Positions 56,301 through 64,000 of a stretch of 64,000 nt of DNA are shown here, piece after piece. The translations under genes were made by a program, and so were the position numbers. Source of the DNA: Tubulanus polymorphus (Eukaryota > Animalia > Nemertea); the NCBI RefSeq assembly GCF_964204645.1, contig NC_134029.1, forward strand, positions 17,912,950 through 17,976,949. The letters are read 5' to 3'. The notes below the pieces were generated by a model. It did not search any database. It saw only the letters and a list, made by a program, of their open reading frames with translations, and was not told the origin of the DNA. Position 1 is the first letter of the stretch; each line of letters begins with the position of its first letter.

Positions 56301-59300
56301 TATTAAACTTCTAATGTTTGTCTATTTCGCTAAATTGCACACTGTTTTTCCGACATCGTTTTGTTTCATCAAGGAACAATTAAGTTAATTTGAATTTGGT
56401 AAGAGCGTGGAATTTGACGAGCCGATATATCAGACCGGACAGGTTTTGATGATTCTCCCTAGGTTCATTTCGCAAACAATATCATAATTAGATGCTCACG
56501 ACAACATTCTAGTTTTCAATGAGTTCAATCACAGGGGCTAGTCACGATAACTGGGGGTCCAAAATCAAAGATTCCACATAGACCTGTGCTGTTATAGTCC
56601 CTGATGAAATCGAATCAAGTACGCATGAGAAATTACGATTGAAATTATGAGTGATTCAAATGAGGTCAATTCTTGTATACCAAAAATGGAGCTCCCCTTT
56701 CTTGTTGTATAGGTGGTACCTGGGATACTTTGTCGAATCTTTGATTTCGGAACAGGACGTAAGGAATATTGATATCATATAAAGGTTTTAGGTATTGTAG
56801 TACAATCTAAAAACCTAGCTTAGAATCACCTTTGTTACTAACCGTGTGACTAGAGCAATTGCCGAGATTTAAAGGCAATTTACACTAATTTCAGTGTTTG
56901 AGTATCACAAATACCACTAATAAACCTAAATCTGAATGAATGATACTTGGGATCACCAAATCTTATTGCATTTGGTGAAAAAAATTCCATTATATTCCTA
57001 CTTAACACACTTAACTGAAAATGAAGTATTTGCATAATTGTACTGCAAACATTAAGATTAAGCCCGTAAAAATATACTATTTGGTTCTTCTCTATTGTTT
57101 GATTCTGGAAATTAAGCCTACATCTTTTACCATAACCAATTCACAGAACTATCTGTAGATAATAATGATTTTTTTTTTTCAAATCGCTAGCTATGACTCA
57201 GCTATGAAAAAAGTCTGGGATAATATTTTGATATGTAAATCATCTGTAGTAATCAAGCATGGTATAAATAAGCAAGTCTGATTTGAGTAAATCCAACATA
57301 CGTATATAGAAAGGAAAACATCCCAACCACCGAACATCAAAAATAAATCCAAGCCCGTAGCCAAGGCTGGGCAAAACTTAGCAAAAAGGGCAATTTCGCA
57401 TGTGGATAAAACAAGAAAGGGCAAAAAGTAATTTTTACTGCAGTGAGTGCCTTTCAACAAGGAGTTACTTTTTTTCTAAAATCTCCCCTTTTCTGAAGTC
57501 TGTTTTGTAGGAGCACCCTCAACCCCCTCCATGGCTACGAGCATGAAATTGTGCCACTCGGAAGACATTCGAAGATATTTTGCATGTTTCAACTAAATTT
57601 GGAAACTTCGTACATTTACTGTATCAATTACTCGATTCACATGATCAAACCTGGCGATATTGAGTGGCGACAAAATAATTGTTACCTGAACCCGTCTGGA
57701 GTCGTAGGTGTAGTGGCAGGTTGTTCTGGACGATTGTTAAACCATGAATGACGTCGTGGAATCATTCCACTCTGTTGCGACCCTCGCGTCGCTGCAAAGA
57801 TACATGGCAAAATCTTTTTCACAATGAATAGAAACACACGCCAAATATTTGTTCCGGATTGACAAGATGGATAAATTTGTTGCATTTGGTTCTACAGAGA
57901 GGTTGTCGGAGTGTCTCCTGGTCACCATACTGGTGTTTGGCCTAACCATAGTTGCTGCGTTCACACTACATGACTTAGAATGATCTAGATTTAGTCCGGA
58001 GATGTATCCTACGACGGTACTAACTAGTATCAAATATCAAGAAAATAAGTTAAAACCTGTTGATATTTTCCTGAAAAAGCTATTCTCCAGATATGAAAGA
58101 GAACTAATGAAACTTGACTACTGATGACCACTGACTGAGTTATGATCGACTGATCTAAAAACCCATATGTTTAAAATCGCTTCGAAAATTATAGCCATCT
58201 GAAGGTTCAATATAAAAAAATGACCATGAAGAAGCTAAGACCCTGAGAATGTCCGTTATTGGAACATATAAAGTCACAAGAAGGCCGACTTCTTTCTGAT
58301 CGACCCCATTTTTGTTGTTGTGACATTATGACCTAGGGAGACACATATACACAGCTAATTTTAAGTGGTCAAAGTATCTTCATAATTTTCCATGAAAATT
58401 AAAAATTTGGCTCACTGGCTCACCGTTACACGACAGCTTACCTTTAAACTCTTTATATCGTTTTCCCGCATCGACAAATGCAAAGTAACAACGGAAGAAA
58501 GCGCGAACGATCGCCCAACGTAGCACAGCGACTGGATCAGAGCCAACAAGTTCGCGAACAAACGCTAAACTACTGTTTTTCAATACAAGGACGACGTCGG
58601 GTCTCATTAAATCGCTGTTCTTTTCTCGGAAATCCTAAAAGAAAGGGAAATTAAAGACGGTATCAATTCAGGCGTGATCCTTCAATCATTGAGCAATTTA
58701 CATAATAAGATATCGAATTCAATTGAACATTAATTCAGCTGAGACGCACATATGAGAGAAAAACTGTGAATTAGGGGCAAATATCACATTGATAAGCCAG
58801 CATGATTGTACTTTTCCACTTAAGCTTGATACCAGAGGGAAAATTGGTCACTTCATAAAACTCTTTCAAAACTATGATGTTGACATCAAGACAATGGTTT
58901 AATAATTGATGAACCACCACAGAAAAACACTAACCATTCATATCTTTAACCCTTTCAGTGCGTCTACACTGCAGTGCGGTGTACGAATCAGTGATTGATT
59001 TTGCTAGTACACCGCACTGCGGTGTATTGATTTAATTAGTAATTACTAATTATCTCTATTGAAAGATGGCAGCACCTGTCAAACATAGTGAAATACTAGT
59101 AACTAACGATACACCGCGCCGCGGTGTAGACGCACTATAGTGGTATTCCCGTTATTCAACACACTAGGGTGGAATTTTTAAAAATATTCAAATTATCTCC
59201 AGCACTATAGGGTATTAATTAGTCAGCACTGAAAGGGTTAAAGAATAATGTCTAATTTGGATAAAGGATATCATTTGTATCCTTTCAAAGTTAATCTAGA

Positions 59301-62300
59301 GGTAAAAGTTCATGTATAACTCTCAAGTCATAGGAGCACGGCTTGATATGCTGAAACACTACCAGAATTCTGTTTCAGCTACCAAGTAGACACACTTCTA
59401 AACTCAAGGTTACAATCAACTTGATTCTTTTTTAAAAAGCGCCGCACCCAAGCCATTATCAGTACCAGTACTAGGTCCAACATTTTGTCTCTTAGGCAAA
59501 ATAAGCCCTAAGAACTTAGTTACAACTACGATTAGAACTAATGAACCCTGGATTGAAATACCAGCGATGCCTTAAGCACCCTCATTCGAGAGATTATCAA
59601 TTCAAGCTTTGAAAGAACACAACCTACCTTGACCATGTATTTCACTTTTCCGGCATAATGAACGATGGTGAATGTACTCTCGCGTACAGGAGGTACTTCA
59701 TAATACGTGTTCGACTTGTGTTGGCGATGGAACTTTTCCAGTAGTGTATCATCCGTTGCACCAGGAAAACTAAAACATTGATGATAATTTTGTAATGCTA
59801 CTATTTCTCTCAGAAAGGAGCGCATTAAATATTTTCTTTACATGGGTAGATCTCTGAGATGGCAGATCAATACACTAACTCGAATTTATCTTAAGAGAGA
59901 ACTGTTAATCATTAAGGTATTATCTACTAGCTGATACATTTATCAAGCTGTAAGAAATTTTATCCTTGCTGTTCATGTTTTGGATCAACCTTTGTGATTT
60001 CAAACAGGTTCCCTACCACTACTACCACTGCGGGCTTATACATAGTCACCCATTATTCAGAGTTCAGATATAAGCGATTGAGGATGGAGCTGAGTTTATT
60101 CTATCTATCAGCCCATAAGGAATTTGTCATTTTCTATTAACTCAGCAATGACATGACATAACTCATTGCTGTACTCGTACAAGGTATCTTGTATGGCTGT
60201 GAATGCGTAGCACGTTGAACTTATGATTTGATGAAAAATAAAGATTCCGTCTTGACCTCCATGGCACCGGTTTTTAAAAAGATGGTTAAGGTGAACCATC
60301 AACTAAATGCCACAGAACCAATGTTGATTTTACAGGAAGTACGTCACTGGTTAACTCCTACCAACATTTGAGCAACCAATTACCCTTCGCAGGCCTTACT
60401 TATGACCTGAACTACTTTTCTACGTACTTGCATTCCTCGTCGAGCAAACTAAAAAGACCGGTGGATTTGGCGGAAAACAACTGAAGACATTGAGTATTGT
60501 CAATGAAATCGATGTTTTTCCATTCAATACTTTCTCTTTGATATTCATCCTACAAATACAATGAATACATGTATTGACTGTAACGATAGCCTTCTGGAAA
60601 CGCAGCTGTTTACGATTCGATCCGATAGATCCCTCCACAGCTACGTACCTGCTCAAAACGGAATATATGCTGATTGAAGTAAAACTGTAAATGTTCATTG
60701 GCGTAGTTGATACAGAATTGTTCGTAACTGTTCTTCTGAAAATCCTCAAACCCGAAGATATCCAATACGCCAATCGAATGGCCCTGGAAATTGAAAGCAA
60801 AATTCAAAATATCTGATTTTCTCTTTCGGTTATCCAGTCGACGATATTTGTACCGTAAGTACAAGTATCATCAGTTTTCCAAGACTGGGATCAAATCCAA
60901 AATGTCAAATTTCCTGCTACACTGGCTGGGCGACTAGCACAAAAAAAAAAAAAATCGCTCGTCATCATCCGTACCATGTGTTCCTTGATATCTTTTTTCG
61001 AGATCAAAGCTTGATTGATTTGTAAAACAATCCAGTCAAATAGGGCACCATAAAGACATTTAGCCATCGCATCACGAGTACAGATAGCCTGAAAAAAGAT
61101 AACAAATAATTCAGCCAATCAGTATTGAATGTAACACTTACTGTCAAACCTTATAAAATTTGGATCAGCAGGGATCTATGAAAAATTAACACATTGAACA
61201 TCGCCTTTTATGCATGAATGAATGTATAGATGGACCATGAATAATACCTACGCATATTAGTTCAAAATCCAAATTTAACTGATATAACTGACCACAATTA
61301 AGCTTGTTTAACTGTATCCATCCCCTTATGCATAGAATTGATTGCATTACGAGAATGCCATTCACTAGGAACAGGTATGGTGGGGCAAATATGGTATATC
61401 TGAAAGGGTCCACATATAATATACACGTCTCGATGCAGCCAAGGCATGAATTCATATCTCTCAATGCTATCGAAGGGAGAATGTGAGTTTTATATGATCG
61501 GTATATCTAATTGACATCAAATCAGTTTAACTGTTTTTCTTCACAATCAATAAGGCTAAGGAAACCTCAAACCTGCTCCAAATGGGTTGAGGAATGAAAA
61601 AGAAGTCAAAGTTTGAACAGAGTTAATCACAAACCTCCTCCATTTTGTAGTTGATGATAACGGATTCTCCACCGGCTACTGTCTTCTTCGTGGTAAGCGC
61701 CTCTTTCAACGTGGCCTCTTTCACGCGCAGCAAATTCGAGATAATTGTTAAAACCTCTGTGTTTTTAATCTCAACCGCCTCGTGGTGGTAACGATCAGAT
61801 CTCTAGAATGAAAGAAAAATACCAAAAAGTATGATTACTATCGGCTATACTGTTAATATTCAGGATCTCGCCAGCCGGGGAAATACTTTCTGAAATAAAT
61901 AATGCTCGTCTTTCTGTACAGATTCATCATCAAAATAACCTACAATATTAATGGTTAATATTGATAGGTTAGAAACCTTTCTTCGACACGCCTACAATTC
62001 TTTATTGTCTATTGTCCTGGGCCCAGTTGCACGGTCGTGACTTCAGTCATGACTTCAGTCAAAAAGTGGTCTTAAATCTTAACACTGGTCATAGGCTTTA
62101 CAAATAACTTGGTCTTAGACTGGTCTTAAGAAGGCCTATAAGCCTTGACTGTGCAACTGACCCCTGACTTAAATGTCTTCAGGACTTTTAATTGAAAACA
62201 AGAACAGACTACAAATGCCATGACTTGAGGCATTTCATTAAGTTAGTCCCAGTTTTTGATCAACGAGATATGACATGAGTCCAGGACCTCAACTCGGACA

Positions 62301-63680
62301 TCTGATTAAAAATCAACTACCAAATAGACTACAAACACCAGCTATTACCGGTTTGACCAACTTTACTATCAAAAAGTGACCATGAAATTGTAAAAGTCTG
62401 AAGGGGGAGGTATCGGGCAGCAGATGGATTCCTGCATAAATATCAATCCAATTTTACATAGATCGCGAGTAAAAACACTCAAAATGTGTCATCCAATTCC
62501 ACGAAATTACTTCATCACTTTCCAATACGTATCTAGTTACACGTACTAAAATAAGCCACAAAGCTCTCGTACTGAATTAACGGCGAATTCGTTACATCAC
62601 CTATTATATACGAAATACATGGAACAAAAATAAGTCATCGATCAACCGACATACAATACCATCATACCTTTCTATTATTGATACCCTTAACCCTACACAC
62701 TGTCACATACATATCTATGATGTTTTAATCAATAGTAAACAGACAGGATGACAAACGTCGTTTTGATCGAAACAATATCTAATCTCTCAATCTAGCGACC
62801 CAAAATCAATGAAATTTACTTTTTCGACGGGGTTAATTATTTTCCGTGTTATAATAAATGGCAAGTTACTTACTTAAGTAAGTTAAGTTTCAGAAATATC
62901 GAGGTAACACGAAGTCTACACCAAAACAGGCCGTTTACCAACTTGATCAGGGCGTGATTATCACAACGGGAGAAGGTTCAACCAAACTCTGCTGCTCAGT
63001 TTCTCATATCTTAAGTGTAACACTTAAAAATCGATAATCTAATTTTTTCAAGAATAATTTTTTACAACAGAGATTATGTCCTTAATCGGTGATCTACGCT
63101 AAATAGGATTTTTTCGAAAGGACTTTTCTTGTCTACAGCAAATAAGATTTTGCAACAAGGTTTCACAAGATTACTCTGTTAATCCCTTCCATACAAGGCC
63201 GACTGACGAGTTGTTACGCTGTCAATGCGCGTGTATGCGCATGTGTTCCGAGGGTTTAATGACGCGAATCAATGCAGAATCATCATTACGAGAGAGTGTC
63301 CTATTTCCACGGCGATTCAACTGCTCGTAAATTCCGACACAATTTTCCAGACGAGTCTGATTAAAACTCGCGGCGGCAGCGCAGCGAGACATAAAACAGA
63401 AATGTTTCGCGCGAAAGTCCATCGCCATTAAATCCGCAATGACAATCAATATCAGTCGACTGTTACGACGCTGATGAACGTCAGTGACATTTAACATTCT
63501 CATCCGGTTACAAGCCGTAATCTATCAGACACAGAGAAGCACGGCGGGAACCTTCCACGATTCCGAAGCTGATTGGCGTGTTTTTTTGTTTTTGTTTTAC
63601 GATTATTGAAGAAGAAAAAACTAACCTTTTTAAACTCCACATTTCCGATGTGTAAAACGGCGGACAAAACAGCGAACAAC
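20063..63680 (-). CDS. MYO9: Unconventional myosin class IX (MYO9A/MYO9B-like RhoGAP myosin), spliced gene, 5'-truncated by the window edge
   Basis: 38 exons join in frame with canonical or GC-AG splice sites. They encode motor motifs ([36 protein letters not shown]), the class IX loop-2 flank [16 protein letters not shown], four IQ motifs, C1, RhoGAP ([16 protein letters not shown]) and a C-terminal EIMV. Confidence 0.97.
20594..21039. mobile_element. MITE, PIF/Harbinger-like
   Basis: TIR gggg..tgcataaagtacgta with 3-bp CAC flanks. Confidence 0.75.
21357..21496. repeat. Degenerate CCCTAA/TTAGGG-like repeats in both orientations
   Basis: ccctaaccct, gggttaggtttaggg, cctaacccc, cctaaacc. Confidence 0.5.
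21746..21794 (-). CDS. MYO9: Candidate 49-nt frameshifting cassette exon in the last myosin IX intron
   Basis: attttag acceptor, gtgagt donor, open in the incoming phase-1 frame ([16 protein letters not shown]). Confidence 0.5.
21859..21975. mobile_element. Small palindromic MITE
   Basis: agtttcttaaaaatgt ... acatttttaagaaact inverted pair. Confidence 0.55.
22649..23007. mobile_element. hAT-like MITE family B copy 1
   Basis: TIR cagggtgaccac with AAACT flanks; shares internal sequence with 31040-31393. Confidence 0.75.
23751..24091. mobile_element. MITE family C copy 1
   Basis: TIR agc.gc.atcacatgg; related copy at 37513-37808. Confidence 0.7.
24911..25029 (-). CDS. MYO9: Myosin IX exon [22 protein letters not shown]...FDSP
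   Basis: LPxLE...SSDED motif, phase 2 to 1. Confidence 0.92.
25662..25786 (-). CDS. MYO9: Myosin IX coiled-coil exon ...[17 protein letters not shown]
   Basis: 125 nt, phase 0 to 2. Confidence 0.9.
26189..26327 (-). CDS. MYO9: Myosin IX post-GAP exon [20 protein letters not shown]...
   Basis: 139 nt, phase 2 to 0. Confidence 0.9.
26784..26915 (-). CDS. MYO9: Myosin IX RhoGAP exon
   Basis: [18 protein letters not shown]. Confidence 0.95.
27139..27250 (-). CDS. MYO9: Myosin IX RhoGAP exon
   Basis: [19 protein letters not shown], phase 1 to 2. Confidence 0.95.
27627..27720. repeat. Dispersed repeat, second copy at about 32931-33024
   Basis: Shared gtatagaaaaa...cgatcaatccaaa...aaagggtacagtact. 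Confidence 0.65.
28209..28343 (-). CDS. MYO9: Myosin IX RhoGAP exon
   Basis: [28 protein letters not shown]. Confidence 0.96.
28536..28719 (-). CDS. MYO9: Myosin IX RhoGAP exon with arginine finger
   Basis: FGVPL...[12 protein letters not shown]. Confidence 0.96.
29221..29291 (-). CDS. MYO9: Myosin IX C1 domain, second exon
   Basis: CKFTCHKKC...C completes the zinc-binding pattern. Confidence 0.94.
29470..29578 (-). CDS. MYO9: Myosin IX C1 domain, first exon
   Basis: GHRF...PTFCELC...GMSCQ. Confidence 0.95.
29671..29904 (-). CDS. MYO9: Myosin IX tail exon ...[15 protein letters not shown]...[10 protein letters not shown]
   Basis: 234 nt; NAFRGFxDEF motif typical of myosin IX. Confidence 0.93.
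30369..30488 (-). CDS. MYO9: Myosin IX tail exon [27 protein letters not shown]...
   Basis: 120 nt; DxVFKxALxxF segment preceding C1. Confidence 0.9.
31040..31393. mobile_element. hAT-like MITE family B copy 2
   Basis: Shares ttgttatcttgaca...gtaagctagcccag..aatattcc with copy 1. Confidence 0.7.
31403..31710 (-). CDS. MYO9: Myosin IX tail exon [14 protein letters not shown]...[13 protein letters not shown]
   Basis: 308 nt inside ORF 31211-31873, phase 1 to 0. Confidence 0.9.
32260..32581. mobile_element. piggyBac-like MITE
   Basis: TTAA on both sides, CTCA...TGAG ends, subterminal agcggc/gccgct inverted motifs. Confidence 0.5.
32599..32667 (-). CDS. MYO9: Myosin IX tail exon [22 protein letters not shown]
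   Basis: 69 nt, caacag acceptor, gtaagt donor, phase 1 to 1. Confidence 0.82.
33163..33482. repeat. Degenerate element built of alternating ttttggcg / gccaaaac motifs
   Basis: Several copies of the motif in both orientations; weak inverted termini. Confidence 0.55.
34620..34770 (-). mobile_element. Decayed tRNA-headed SINE
   Basis: Minus strand has an A-box-like taattggttagagc and a B-box-like ggtttgaaccc, then a CORE-like gtgtccctggacaagacattta. Confidence 0.5.
35993..36088 (-). CDS. MYO9: Candidate myosin IX cassette exon or coding end of an internal first exon (ATG at 36026, [11 protein letters not shown])
   Basis: gtgagt donor in phase 1, matching the host intron phase; long pyrimidine tract and aag acceptor; open frame. 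Confidence 0.5.
37513..37808. mobile_element. MITE family C copy 2
   Basis: agccgcgatcacatggagacg ... ccatgtgatc. Confidence 0.65.
38830..39020. mobile_element. Repeat family E with B-box-like inverted ends
   Basis: catcctccccggcagggattcgaa end; relatives at 54853-55148, 22025-22155 and 36970-37060. Confidence 0.6.
39112..39313 (-). CDS. MYO9: Myosin IX tail exon [14 protein letters not shown]...[14 protein letters not shown]
   Basis: 202 nt, phase 0 to 1. Confidence 0.85.
39352..39715. mobile_element. piggyBac-like MITE family D, degenerate inverted copy
   Basis: Ends gtgtagacgcactgaaaggg-TTAA; homologous to 58950-59237. Confidence 0.7.
41114..41182 (-). CDS. MYO9: Myosin IX tail exon [23 protein letters not shown]
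   Basis: 69 nt, tttcag acceptor, gtatga donor, phase 0 to 0. Confidence 0.75.
41696..41845 (-). CDS. MYO9: Myosin IX tail exon [18 protein letters not shown]...SDNTAD
   Basis: 150 nt, cacag acceptor, gtaagt donor, phase 0 to 0. Confidence 0.82.
43565..43607 (-). CDS. MYO9: Myosin IX tail exon [14 protein letters not shown]
   Basis: 43 nt, ttttag acceptor, gtcagt donor, phase 2 to 0. Confidence 0.72.
44776..44952 (-). CDS. MYO9: Myosin IX tail exon [13 protein letters not shown]...PIIKRA
   Basis: 177 nt, phase 2 to 2. Confidence 0.85.
45308..45486 (-). CDS. MYO9: Myosin IX tail exon [10 protein letters not shown]...THTNDSE
   Basis: 179 nt, cag acceptor, gtaagt donor, phase 0 to 2. Confidence 0.87.
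45815..45860 (-). CDS. MYO9: Myosin IX tail exon [15 protein letters not shown]
   Basis: 46 nt, phase 2 to 0 as required by its neighbours. Confidence 0.8.
46054..46200 (-). CDS. MYO9: Myosin IX E/R/K-rich helix exon
   Basis: [39 protein letters not shown], phase 2 to 2. Confidence 0.9.
46830..47008 (-). CDS. MYO9: Myosin IX IQ2-IQ4 exon
   Basis: [12 protein letters not shown] and [12 protein letters not shown] motifs, phase 0 to 2. Confidence 0.93.
47737..47886 (-). CDS. MYO9: Myosin IX converter/IQ1 exon VFLREREK...[14 protein letters not shown]...VIQ
   Basis: 150 nt, IQ motif. Confidence 0.94.
48136..48258 (-). CDS. MYO9: Myosin IX converter exon [13 protein letters not shown]...NYQLGKSK
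   Basis: 123 nt; ends at a GC donor (AAG/gcgagt) and joins VFLRE in frame. Confidence 0.92.
48706..48816 (-). CDS. MYO9: Myosin IX exon [37 protein letters not shown]
   Basis: 111 nt, SH1-helix region, aag acceptor. Confidence 0.95.
48997..49077 (-). CDS. MYO9: Myosin IX exon [27 protein letters not shown]
   Basis: 81 nt; PxFVRCIK motif. Confidence 0.95.
49170..49277 (-). CDS. MYO9: Myosin IX exon GLRDLKALK...[12 protein letters not shown]
   Basis: 108 nt; KKxPSVxAQF motor motif. Confidence 0.94.
49781..49820 (-). CDS. MYO9: Myosin IX loop-2 exon [13 protein letters not shown]
   Basis: Resembles the basic end of the class IX insert; phase 2 to 0. Confidence 0.88.
50849..51488. mobile_element. 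MITE family A copy 2 (inverted, internally shorter)
   Basis: Same TIR as 14196-14996, TAA duplication, about 160 bp shorter. Confidence 0.88.
52507..52707 (-). CDS. MYO9: Myosin IX loop-2 Ser-rich exon ([16 protein letters not shown]...NNSII)
   Basis: 201 nt, tttttag acceptor, gtatgt donor, phase 2 to 2; completes M-KSKSFKPK with the next exon. Confidence 0.7.
52795..54073. mobile_element. Nested MITE cluster
   Basis: Outer inverted ends ggttttataaatcagt / actggtttataaaatc enclose a long-TIR element (about 52886-53736) and a small MITE (53769-53883). Confidence 0.6.
54853..55148. mobile_element. Repeat family E, longest copy
   Basis: Inverted ends ccatcct...tgaacgtgatggcatc / gatgccatcaggttcgaa...aggatgg. 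Confidence 0.65.
55717..55764 (-). CDS. MYO9: Candidate 48-nt loop-2 exon ([15 protein letters not shown])
   Basis: ctctttag acceptor, gtgagt donor, phase 2 to 2, open frame. Confidence 0.55.
55859..55876 (-). CDS. MYO9: Candidate 18-nt loop-2 microexon (VAHFL)
   Basis: (CT)n tract plus tag acceptor, gtgagc donor, phase 2 to 2. Confidence 0.4.
57686..57791 (-). CDS. MYO9: Myosin IX loop-2 exon B ([20 protein letters not shown]...PDGF)
   Basis: tttgcag acceptor, AG/gtaac donor, phase 1 to 2 bridges the flanking exons. Confidence 0.75.
57840..58008 (-). CDS. MYO9: Candidate alternative loop-2 exon A ([13 protein letters not shown]...VTRRHSDNL...NKYLA)
   Basis: Open frame, tag acceptor in phase 1, weak gtgtgt donor in phase 2. 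Confidence 0.4.
58442..58634 (-). CDS. MYO9: Myosin IX motor exon [13 protein letters not shown]...[16 protein letters not shown] (start of loop-2 insert)
   Basis: Class IX diagnostic sequence, 193 nt, phase 0 to 1. Confidence 0.95.
58950..59237. mobile_element. piggyBac-like MITE family D
   Basis: TTAA duplication and perfect TIR ccctttcagtgc. Confidence 0.88.
59628..59769 (-). CDS. MYO9: Myosin IX motor exon [13 protein letters not shown]...[11 protein letters not shown]
   Basis: HYAG motif, 142 nt, phase 2 to 0. Confidence 0.95.
60428..60549 (-). CDS. MYO9: Myosin IX motor exon [18 protein letters not shown]...LLDEEC
   Basis: 122 nt, phase 0 to 2, conserved motor sequence. Confidence 0.95.
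60649..60783 (-). CDS. MYO9: Myosin IX motor exon with switch II ([11 protein letters not shown]...[10 protein letters not shown])
   Basis: DIFGFE switch II motif, 135 nt, AG/GT. Confidence 0.96.
60975..61088 (-). CDS. MYO9: Myosin IX motor exon [26 protein letters not shown]...
   Basis: Canonical myosin helix, 114 nt, AG/GT. Confidence 0.95.
61635..61802 (-). CDS. MYO9: Myosin IX motor exon [14 protein letters not shown]...[12 protein letters not shown]
   Basis: 168 nt, AG/GT boundaries, phase 0 to 0; not in the ORF track. Confidence 0.92.
62019..62164. mobile_element. Small palindromic MITE
   Basis: gggcccagttgcacggtc ... gactgtgcaactgacccc. Confidence 0.65.
63626..63680 (-). CDS. MYO9: Myosin IX motor exon (R)[18 protein letters not shown]
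   Basis: ttttcag acceptor, gttag donor, phase 2 to 0; LHxGN motor motif. Confidence 0.92.
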
Positions 63681-64000
63681 CTGAAAATATCGCAATCACG
63701 TTCATTCATTACATAACTGGCAGGGACCCGAGATCCATCATTTCTGGATATAAGGAGTTTGAAAGAAAAACTTTTGAATTTTGAAGAAGCGTCTGCATTG
63801 TGTTCATATTGCAATTTATCTAAAAATCATTACTGTTTATCTCGGTAAATTAACCATTAATTTGATGGTTTAGTAAGCAAACTTTTATCCTATATACCAC
63901 TAAACTCGGTTTTTAATTTGGTTACTGCCTAGTCGGGTAAAAAAATCTACTGTACAACAACGAACTAGATAAAAATTTAAAATTTCTATTTCTCAAAATT

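Noticed and set aside
63222-63503. 93-aa ORF in a GC-richer intronic patch
   Set aside because: The flanking motor exons join directly without it and there is no clear donor; it may be regulatory, but that is unsupported.

Overview
This is AT-rich, intron-rich animal genomic DNA, most likely from an invertebrate (the species cannot be determined from sequence alone). It is not prokaryotic, and I found no operons, CRISPR arrays or rRNA. Two spliced genes lie in tandem on the minus strand. The first is a class IX unconventional myosin (MYO9A/B-like), reconstructed by hand as 38 phase-compatible coding exons from 63680 to the stop at 20063. It covers the second half of the motor with the class IX loop-2 insert, four IQ motifs, an E/R/K-rich helix, C1, RhoGAP and a C-terminal EIMV; its 5' part lies beyond the right edge. 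The second is KIBRA/WWC, with its first five coding exons at 15683-1774, continuing past the left edge. Introns and UTRs hold many short non-autonomous DNA transposons (MITEs), a tRNA-derived SINE remnant and microsatellites. I see no new multi-gene system. The most interesting signals are inferred isoform switches: a 49-nt frameshifting exon that would change the myosin IX C-terminus from EIMV to TSDV, a candidate internal promoter for a motor-less C1-RhoGAP isoform, a candidate first exon for WW-less KIBRA, and a modular, probably alternatively spliced loop 2. All were read by eye and need RNA evidence.
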